Source: an uncultured Bryobacterales bacterium (GTDB lineage: Bacteria; Acidobacteriota; Terriglobia; Bryobacterales; UBA6623). Taken from it: a DNA stretch of 64,000 nucleotides. Position 1 is the stretch's first letter. Every line of letters begins with the position of its first letter. Shown here in pieces: positions 56,777-64,000 of this stretch. The stretch is from the NCBI GenBank assembly GCA_964461235.1, contig CAYWUV010000019.1, positions 6,271 through 70,270 of the forward strand, read 5' to 3'. A model generated the notes under the pieces. That model worked only from the letters and a program-made list of their open reading frames with translations. It searched no databases and was not told where the DNA came from. A program made the translations under genes and the position numbers.

Positions 56777-59700
56777 GTGCGGGTCACGTTTGGTTTGGCG
56801 ATTGGACTCTCGGTTTCTGCAATTCAGGCGGAGCCAGCTATCACAGGTGCTTCCTCGATCGACTTCCAACGGGACGTACGCCCTGTCCTGGCGGACAATT
56901 GCTTCGCGTGCCACGGTCCCGACGGGAATGCACGTCAAGCTGACCTGCGATTGGATACGAGGGACGGGGCGTTCGCGGATCGCGGGGGATACAGGGTCAT
57001 CGTGCCTGGAAGCGCGGCGGAGAGCCGCCTGTACGAGCGAATGAGTCACTCCCAGGAAATCGCCCGCATGCCGCCACCCAATGCGGAGCGTTTTCCATCA
57101 CCGGAGCAGATCGAAACGATCCGGCTATGGATCGAACAGGGTGCCGAGTGGAGTTCTCACTGGGCATACGAAGCCCCCGTGCGTCCGGACATTCCGGAGG
57201 TCCGGGCAGCGCAGTCGATCGTCAACGAAGTCGATGCATTCGTCCTGGCACGGCTCGAGCAGGAAGGCCTCAGCCTGTCTCCCGAGGCTGACCGGAGAAC
57301 GCTGTTGAGGAGGCTGAGCCTGGACCTGACAGGACTTCCCCCTGACCCCGCTGATGTGGCCCGATTCCTTTCCGACACCAGCCCGGAAGCCTACGGAAAG
57401 CAGGTTGATCGTTTGCTGAATTCCCCGCATTTCGGCGAACGCATGGCGATGCTCTGGCTTGACCTGGCACGCTACGCTGACACGCACGGATTCCACATCG
57501 ACGGTCGGCGAGACATGTGGCAATGGCGCGACTGGGTAATCGGAGCCTTCAACGAAAACAAGCCCTTTGACGAGTTCACGATCGAGCAGGTCGCTGGCGA
57601 CCTTCTCCCGGAACCAACGCTGGACCAGAAGATCGCGACGGGCTTCAACCGCAATCACATGATCAACCACGAAGGCGGGGCCATCCCGGCCGAGTACCAC
57701 ACCGAGTATGTGGTTGACCGAATCGAGACTGTTTCGACGGTCTGGATGGCAATGACGATGGGCTGCGCCCGCTGTCACGACCACAAGTACGACCCGATCA
57801 CGCAGAGGGAGTTCTACGAGTTCTACGCCTTCTTCAACTCGGTGGACGAGCTGGGGCTGGATGGAGTCAACGGAAATGCGGTTCCGATGCTCGAGCTGCC
57901 GGACCCCGACCAAGAGGCCAGCCTCGCCGAACTGAACGACGCGATCCGGTCAGTCCAGGCGGACCTTCCGGACAGACGCGTGCAGAAGCAGATCGACGAT
58001 TGGGAGCGCACTGCGCTTGCCACGATTCCGCGGGCAAGCCGCGAGGGTCTCGAGGCCCATTACGAAATGGAGGGCGGGTTCGCGGATTCCTCCGGAAACT
58101 ACCGTCATGGACGCATCATGCGGGGCGAGCCGCTATTCGGAAGTCTGAAGGCGGGGAATGGTGCAAGATTCGATGTGGACACCCACATAGCTTTCCCAGC
58201 CACGAGCTCCATCGATCTTTCCAAGTCCTTCACCGTGGCGTTTTGGATGCTGCCGTCCGGTCTGGTCGAAAAGAGCGTCCTTCACAAGATGGTGGGGCCG
58301 GCGGAGCAACGCGGGCTGGCCCTGACGCTCAGCAGGCCCGTATCGATCCCGGACACTCTGCGCCGGGAATACGACCTGACGATCCAGCTGTCATCGAGCT
58401 CCGATGCGGCGATCGTCGTCAGGACGAAGGCACCGTTGCGGGACGCCAGGGGCGAGGACAAGACCTACCACGTCGCTGTCTCGTACGACGGGTCTGGGCG
58501 AGCGGAGGGTTTGCGGTTGCATCTGAACAGCAATCCCGTCGAGTTAGCAGTCCTAGCGAACGACCTTGCGGGAAGTCCGGCCAATGACGCGCCGTTTGAG
58601 ATCGGAGCAGGCCGATTCGGCAACCGGTTCACTGGAACGCTGGACGACCTCCGGATCTATTCACGCGTAGTTGAAGCGGCAGACATCGGTGTGCTCCACA
58701 TTCACGAGCCAATCAGGGCCGTGCTTGGCGAGCCGTACATCGACTGTCGGAGCGTTCTCGTCGAAGCGCCGAAGCCTCCTGCCGATGACATCTACTCGCC
58801 CAAGCCGGAAACGGACGTGACGCGCTGCCGGAACCGGACGAGCAGGCTGAAGACCTACTTCCTGACCCACGCAGCACCTGAGACGGACCGGCTTCTCTAC
58901 AAGCGTCTAGTGGACCTCCGGGGCCAGAGAGCCCGGCTCGAGGATTCCGTACCAAACGTTATGGTGATGCAAGAACTCCCGCAGCCGCGCGACACGTTCA
59001 TGCTGGCGCGGGGGGACTACAGGAACCGCACCGAAAAGGTCTCGCCAGCTACTCCCGAGTGGCTCTCTGTGTTTCCGGAATCGGCTCCCCGAAACCGCCT
59101 CGGACTGGCCCGCTGGCTCGTCAGCCCGGACCACCCTCTCACGGCCCGGGTAGCGGTGAACCATTACTGGCAGATGTACTTCGGCGAGGGCTTGGTGAGG
59201 ACGGCGGAAGACTTCGGCCTGCAGGGCGAATTGCCGAGCCACCCGGAACTGCTGGACTGGCTCGCTCGCGAGTTCGTCGAGAGCGGCTGGGACATCAAGG
59301 CACTCCAGAAGAAGATCGTCATGTCGGCAACCTACCGTCAGCGTTCCGCGAACACGCCGGAATTGATGGCGAGGGATCCAGAGAACCGGCTGCTGGCACG
59401 AGGCCCGCGATACCGACTGCTGGCGGAGGTGGTTCGCGACAACGCGTTGGCGGCGTCCGGTCTGCTTGACGTTCGGGTCGGAGGAGCGAGCGTATTCCCT
59501 TACCAACCGGAGGGTCTTTGGAGAGAAATGGCCTACGGAGACATGTTCACGGCCCAGGTGTACCGCCAGGGAACGGGCAAAGACCTGTACCGCCGGAGTA
59601 TGTACACGTTCTGGAAGAGAACGATTCCGCCCCCTTCGCTGGCGGTCTTTGACGCGCCCGACAGGGAGAAGTGCATCGCGCGTCGCTCCCGCACGAACAC

Positions 59701-60046
59701 CCCACTCCAGGCGCTGGTGCTCCTGAACGACCCGACGTATGTCGAAGCGTCGCGCGCACTCGCCGAGCGCATGATCCGGTCTGGCGGACCGGAGCCTGCG
59801 GACAAGATCCGGTTCGCTTACGAGACGACCCTGGCCCGGCCACCCAGCGAGGCCGAGACCCGGCTGCTCGGAGGCCTTGCCGGGGAGCAGGCTGAGAAAT
59901 TCCGGGCCGAGCCTGACTTGGCGGGCGAGTTGATGGGAATCGGAGAGTCCCCTGTCGGCAAGGGGCTTCCGCCCCCGGAACTTGCTGCCTGGACCATCGT
60001 GGCCAGCAGCATTCTCAACCTCGACGAGACCATCAGCAAGGAGTGA
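56777..60046 (+). CDS. PSCyt1 + DUF1549 + LamG-like + DUF1553 protein
   Basis: [29 protein letters not shown]...[23 protein letters not shown]...[29 protein letters not shown], a central LamG/ConA-like insert (...[15 protein letters not shown]) and the DUF1553 C-terminus. GTG 56777 follows AAGAGGA; the ORF is open from 56684. Confidence 0.9.
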   Translation: MRVTFGLAIGLSVSAIQAEPAITGASSIDFQRDVRPVLADNCFACHGPDGNARQADLRLDTRDGAFADRGGYRVIVPGSAAESRLYERMSHSQEIARMPPPNAERFPSPEQIETIRLWIEQGAEWSSHWAYEAPVRPDIPEVRAAQSIVNEVDAFVLARLEQEGLSLSPEADRRTLLRRLSLDLTGLPPDPADVARFLSDTSPEAYGKQVDRLLNSPHFGERMAMLWLDLARYADTHGFHIDGRRDMWQWRDWVIGAFNENKPFDEFTIEQVAGDLLPEPTLDQKIATGFNRNHMINHEGGAIPAEYHTEYVVDRIETVSTVWMAMTMGCARCHDHKYDPITQREFYEFYAFFNSVDELGLDGVNGNAVPMLELPDPDQEASLAELNDAIRSVQADLPDRRVQKQIDDWERTALATIPRASREGLEAHYEMEGGFADSSGNYRHGRIMRGEPLFGSLKAGNGARFDVDTHIAFPATSSIDLSKSFTVAFWMLPSGLVEKSVLHKMVGPAEQRGLALTLSRPVSIPDTLRREYDLTIQLSSSSDAAIVVRTKAPLRDARGEDKTYHVAVSYDGSGRAEGLRLHLNSNPVELAVLANDLAGSPANDAPFEIGAGRFGNRFTGTLDDLRIYSRVVEAADIGVLHIHEPIRAVLGEPYIDCRSVLVEAPKPPADDIYSPKPETDVTRCRNRTSRLKTYFLTHAAPETDRLLYKRLVDLRGQRARLEDSVPNVMVMQELPQPRDTFMLARGDYRNRTEKVSPATPEWLSVFPESAPRNRLGLARWLVSPDHPLTARVAVNHYWQMYFGEGLVRTAEDFGLQGELPSHPELLDWLAREFVESGWDIKALQKKIVMSATYRQRSANTPELMARDPENRLLARGPRYRLLAEVVRDNALAASGLLDVRVGGASVFPYQPEGLWREMAYGDMFTAQVYRQGTGKDLYRRSMYTFWKRTIPPPSLAVFDAPDREKCIARRSRTNTPLQALVLLNDPTYVEASRALAERMIRSGGPEPADKIRFAYETTLARPPSEAETRLLGGLAGEQAEKFRAEPDLAGELMGIGESPVGKGLPPPELAAWTIVASSILNLDETISKE

Positions 60047-60053
60047 CACCACC

Positions 60054-61517
60054 ATGGGACCTGTGCTCGAGCGAGCTCTGCTCACCACCAGACGCCAGTT
60101 CTTCGGCCGCACTGCGATAGGCGTCGGGCCGCTGGCCTTGGTGCACCTCCTCGGCGCAGAGGGCTTCGTCTCAGATCCGGAGAACGCTGGCAATTCCGGC
60201 GGGCTGCCGGGACTCCCCCACTTTCCTAGCAAGGCGAAGCGGGTTATCTACATGTTCCAGTCCGGAGCGCCGTCACAGATCGACCTCTACGACCACAAGC
60301 CGATGCTCCGTAAGTTCCACGGGCAGGACTTGCCGGACACAGTCCGGCGGGGACAGCGAATCACCGGGATGACGGCCGGTCAGGATCGGCTCCCTGTAGC
60401 AGCCTCGGCGTTCCGGTTCCAGAAGCAGGGGCAGTCCGGGACCGAACTCAGCGAACTGCTGCCTCACACCGGGAAGGTCGTCGACGACATCGCCTTGGTG
60501 AAGACCGTCCATACCGATGCCATCAACCATGATCCGGCGATCACTTTCATCCAGAGCGGGTTCCAGCAGCCCGGACGGCCTTCCATGGGATCGTGGGTGA
60601 GCTACGGCCTGGGAAGCGAAAACAGGGACCTCCCGGGGTTCGTGGTGCTGATTTCCCAAGGCAGCAACCTGAACCAGTCACAGCCGTTGTTTTCCCGTCT
60701 CTGGGGTTCGGGGTTCTTGCCATCGCGTTTCCAAGGCGTCAAGTTCCGCTCCAGCGGGGACCCTGTTCTGTACCTTTCGAACCCGAATGGCATCGATTCC
60801 TCCACCCGACGCAGCATGCTTGACGTGGTCGCGGAGATCAACCGGCTTCGTTCCCAGGAGTTCGGTGACCCCGAGATCGAGACTCGTATTACCCAATACG
60901 AAATGGCATACCGCATGCAGTCGTCCGTCCCAGAACTAATGGACCTCTCCGATGAACCCGATTCAGTTTTCGAGCGCTACGGGCCGGACGCGCGCATTCC
61001 GGGTACCTACGCGGCCAACTGCCTGCTGGCCCGGCGCCTCGCCGAGCGCGACGTCCGTTTCGTTCAGCTGTTCCATCGAGGGTGGGACCAGCATCAAGAC
61101 CTGCCTCGCGACATCGCTCTTCAGGCGCGCGACACGGACCAGCCCTCGGCGGCGTTGGTTCAGGACCTGAAGGAGCGGGGGATGCTGGACTCGACCCTGG
61201 TCATCTGGGGAGGGGAGTTCGGACGCACGGTCTATTGCCAAGGCAAGCTCAGCGAGACTAATTACGGCCGTGACCATCATCCTCGTTGCTTCAGCATGTG
61301 GCTGGCCGGAGGCGGCATCAAGCCCGGCATCTCGTACGGGCAGACGGACGACTACTGCTACAACGTGGTCGAGGATCCGGTCCACGTCTACGACCTACAG
61401 GCAACGGCTCTGCACTGCATGGGAATCGACCACAAACGGCTGACATTCAAGTACCAAGGCAGGCACTTCCGCCTGACAGACGTGCACGGCGAAGTAGTAG
61501 ACGGATTGCTTTCTTAG
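60054..61517 (+). CDS. DUF1501 protein (Tat signal)
   Basis: [37 protein letters not shown], and WGGEFGRT...[21 protein letters not shown]. An AAGGAG RBS is present. Confidence 0.9.
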   Translation: MGPVLERALLTTRRQFFGRTAIGVGPLALVHLLGAEGFVSDPENAGNSGGLPGLPHFPSKAKRVIYMFQSGAPSQIDLYDHKPMLRKFHGQDLPDTVRRGQRITGMTAGQDRLPVAASAFRFQKQGQSGTELSELLPHTGKVVDDIALVKTVHTDAINHDPAITFIQSGFQQPGRPSMGSWVSYGLGSENRDLPGFVVLISQGSNLNQSQPLFSRLWGSGFLPSRFQGVKFRSSGDPVLYLSNPNGIDSSTRRSMLDVVAEINRLRSQEFGDPEIETRITQYEMAYRMQSSVPELMDLSDEPDSVFERYGPDARIPGTYAANCLLARRLAERDVRFVQLFHRGWDQHQDLPRDIALQARDTDQPSAALVQDLKERGMLDSTLVIWGGEFGRTVYCQGKLSETNYGRDHHPRCFSMWLAGGGIKPGISYGQTDDYCYNVVEDPVHVYDLQATALHCMGIDHKRLTFKYQGRHFRLTDVHGEVVDGLLS

Positions 61518-61722
61518 TTCCGGCAATATCGGTGCAAGACAAGGGCAGCCGGCTACGCGACCTTCTCGATGGCATTGGGTGCCACTCGAGCGAGTTTCTC
61601 GTGTGGCCTCGGAACGGCGCGCCAGTGGTATCCTCGGCTTCTCTCTGAGGGAGCCATGTTGACCGAGGATCGGCCATCTCTCTCGATCGGTTGCGGATAA
61701 GAGTGACAACGTGCGAAACGGA

Positions 61723-63162
61723 ATGAACCGACGACTATTCCTAGCCTCAGCAGGAGGATCACTGGCATTTGCGGGTTGCGGCAAACGCGAAAGCGCCCCT
61801 GCCTCGGAACAGAGCTTTGAGCCGAACTGGGAATCAATCCGGACCCACAAGGTGCCAGCGTGGTTTCACGACGCGAAGCTAGGGATCTTTGTTCATTGGG
61901 GACTCTACTCCGTACCCGCATGGGCCACTCCGGTCGGAGAGCTCGGTTCTGTTGACTGGGACACTTGGTTCACGAACAATCCGTATGCCGAATGGTACCT
62001 GAACTCGTTGCGGATCGACGGGTCGCCCACGCAGCGGCATCACCGCGAAACGTATGGCGGAGACTTCGAGTACATGGACTTCGTGCCCCAGTTCAATGAG
62101 GCCGTCGAGTCCTGGGATCCGTCCATGATGTCATCGCTGTTTGCCGAAGCCGGGGCGCAGTACGTCGTGCTGACGACCAAGCATCACGACGGATTCACGC
62201 TTTGGCCGAGCGCGGTCGAGAATCCGCACCTGCCTCCGGATCGCCGCTCAAGCTCGCGCGATATCGTCGGTGACCTCACTGCAGCCGTCAGAGACGACGG
62301 AATGCGCATGGGCTATTACTATTCGGGCGGGCTCGACTGGAGCTTCAACACCGAGCCCGTCAACGAGTTCCCTGAGGTGTTCCAGACGATCATCCACACG
62401 CAGGAGTACGCGGACTACGCCGACGCTCATTGGCGAGAACTGATCCGAAGGTACGACCCGGTCATTCTCTGGAATGACATCGGCTACCCGGAGCAAGGCG
62501 ACCTAGCCCGGATCGTGGCGGACTTCTACAACGCCAAACCGGACGGCTTGATCAACAACCGCTTCGAGATCGGCAAGGGGGGTGCCCCGCAGCGGCACCA
62601 CGACTTCCAGACGCCCGAGTACGCCAAGATGGATGAAATCACCGACTACAAGTGGGAGACGTGCAGGGGGCTTGGCTTCTCGTTCGGCTACAACCGGGTC
62701 GAAACGGAGGAGCACACGATCGGGGAAGGCGAGCTGATTCACTTGCTCGCCGACATCGTCAGCAAAAACGGAAACCTGCTACTCAACGCAGGTCCGATGG
62801 CGGACGGCACGATCCCGGAGATCCAGGCCAGCCGCCTCCGTACTCTGGGCTCCTGGCTCAGGAAGAACGGGGAGGCCATTTACGGAACTAGGCCTTGGGA
62901 GCGGGCGACTGGAGAGACTACGGACGGAGTCCCCGTACGCTTCACCTCAAAGGACGGTGCGGTCTACGCGATTGTCCTAGGGCAACCGACGTCGAAGGAG
63001 CTCGTTCTAGATCTCGGCGTGCCTGGAAGGAATGCCGAGGTCACCGTCGTGGGGGACAGTGCCGGACCGAATGCAACCTATACCGATGGCAGGCTTGCGG
63101 TTGCATTTGAAAGTCCGTTGCCCAAGGGGCACGCGCACTCTCTGCGAATCAAGATCACGTGA
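61723..63162 (+). CDS. Alpha-L-fucosidase (GH29), lipoprotein-type signal
   Basis: MNRRLFLASAGGSLAFAGC lipobox, then AWFHDAKLGIFVHWGLYSVPAW, YVVLTTKHHDGFTLWPS, and ILWNDIGYP. The ORF is open from GTG 61711. Confidence 0.9.
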   Translation: MNRRLFLASAGGSLAFAGCGKRESAPASEQSFEPNWESIRTHKVPAWFHDAKLGIFVHWGLYSVPAWATPVGELGSVDWDTWFTNNPYAEWYLNSLRIDGSPTQRHHRETYGGDFEYMDFVPQFNEAVESWDPSMMSSLFAEAGAQYVVLTTKHHDGFTLWPSAVENPHLPPDRRSSSRDIVGDLTAAVRDDGMRMGYYYSGGLDWSFNTEPVNEFPEVFQTIIHTQEYADYADAHWRELIRRYDPVILWNDIGYPEQGDLARIVADFYNAKPDGLINNRFEIGKGGAPQRHHDFQTPEYAKMDEITDYKWETCRGLGFSFGYNRVETEEHTIGEGELIHLLADIVSKNGNLLLNAGPMADGTIPEIQASRLRTLGSWLRKNGEAIYGTRPWERATGETTDGVPVRFTSKDGAVYAIVLGQPTSKELVLDLGVPGRNAEVTVVGDSAGPNATYTDGRLAVAFESPLPKGHAHSLRIKIT

Positions 63163-63295
63163 TTCCCTGGCGGTCCACTCCAATTCCCCGGGGGCAACTC
63201 AGGCACCACTCCTGGCTTGGGGAAGGCTCCCGAATCTTCTGCTCAAGTGACAGGTCCTCGAAAGCTCAGCCTTTCCGTCTCGGCCTCAAGTCAAC

Positions 63296-64000
63296 CTATT
63301 GCTCGGGATCTCCGAGGTCCAATCGGATGATGGTGTCAATCGGATCGCGATCGGGCTCCTGAACGCCAATCCGCAGGTCCGCTCCGATGGTCACAATCGA
63401 GACCTCGCCGTTCCCGGTCATGAGACTGGCGTCTCGAATAGCGACAGTCGAAACGGGCAGAACCAAGTCACCGTCCGGCCATGAAGTTACGTGTAGGTAC
63501 GCGGTGCTCCCCACCTGAGTGCTTCCGCCCCAATCGCCTGGCTTCCAAGGGCCGCCACGCGTTCCGTAGATCGTCTGTCCGTAGGTAACCAACCAATCGC
63601 CCACTTCCATCAGCCGACCGACGTGTTCAGGATCGAAGGAGCCGTCTGGACGAGCACCGGTACTGATGAGGAGGTTCCCATCTCCGACGGCCGTGCTGAC
63701 AAGGAGCCTTATGATTTCCGCTTTCGACTTGACCTCTCCCGGTGACCACGCCCAATGCGGACCCAGTGAGATACAACTCTCCCAAGGGCGGTCGTCCTGG
63801 AACATACCCAAGCGTTGTTCCGGAGTGTCAAAGTCCCCCGGCAGGCTGGCCCGGTTGTTGATAAGAATCCCGGGCTGCAGACGACGCACGTTGCGCTCGA
63901 TCGATTCCGCGTCCCACATGTCCGCGTGGTACATCCCTCCCCACCAAAGCGCATCCCACCACAAGACGTCGATCTTGCCGTAGCCTGTCATGAGTTCTAT
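63296..64000 (-). CDS. Alpha-L-fucosidase (GH29), C-terminal part; 5' end beyond the window
   Basis: GKIDVLWWD..., ...DFDTPEQ..., PWESC...WAWS, and LLISTGARPDGSF..., followed by a C-terminal beta-sandwich. The reading frame stays open to position 64000. Confidence 0.85.
   Translation of the reverse strand: MELMTGYGKIDVLWWDALWWGGMYHADMWDAESIERNVRRLQPGILINNRASLPGDFDTPEQRLGMFQDDRPWESCISLGPHWAWSPGEVKSKAEIIRLLVSTAVGDGNLLISTGARPDGSFDPEHVGRLMEVGDWLVTYGQTIYGTRGGPWKPGDWGGSTQVGSTAYLHVTSWPDGDLVLPVSTVAIRDASLMTGNGEVSIVTIGADLRIGVQEPDRDPIDTIIRLDLGDPEQ

Overview
This is a GC-rich bacterial chromosomal segment. Its gene content is typical of Acidobacteriota (Solibacter/Bryobacter-like) or Planctomycetota, a lineage guess based on family content only. 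Every call below comes from reading the sequence and ORF translations by eye; no searches were run.

Layout:
1. 333-4960: tRNA-Asn(GTT) with a plausible promoter, followed by a decayed integrative/mobilisable element. The tyrosine integrase and the HUH relaxase are both pseudogenes. One two-gene cassette in this element is still intact: a small beta-hairpin-repeat protein with a (GYP)n tail, translationally coupled to a HEPN-like protein.
2. 5030-19373: two modules of the uncharacterised PSCyt/DUF1549/DUF1553 + DUF1501 families, a Cys-type sulfatase, and a tight four-gene block (DUF1501, BIG2-DUF1549/1553, cytochrome-c-motif WD40 protein, PPC/IPT protein). A fossil 5' fragment of another DUF1501 gene lies at 7285-7490.
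3. 19694-27999: FG-GAP propeller protein, an enolase-superfamily pseudogene, a two-subunit molybdopterin oxidoreductase (IorAB-like), a second sulfatase and a Cu/Zn superoxide dismutase.
4. 28569-36002: a minus-strand gene string with a sodium:solute symporter, an untracked 44-aa membrane ORF and three amidohydrolases. The last amidohydrolase is fused to a CE15-like esterase domain.
5. 36538-46601: a glycogen supercluster, glgX-malQ-glgB divergent from glgA-like-glgP.
6. 46968-64000: two head-to-head CRTAC1/ASPIC-UnbV paralogs, a CarboxypepD_reg TonB-dependent receptor, a heptaheme cytochrome c-TPR protein, a third PSCyt-LamG-DUF1553 + DUF1501 pair, and two convergent GH29 fucosidases.

The best candidates for something not yet described:
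- The surviving beta-flower/HEPN cassette inside the dead mobile element (possible toxin/defence module).
- The recurrent PSCyt/PSD-DUF1501 modules, especially the four-gene version.
- The amidohydrolase-CE15 fusion within the transporter/amidohydrolase string.

No CRISPR array, rRNA or intact transposase was seen.
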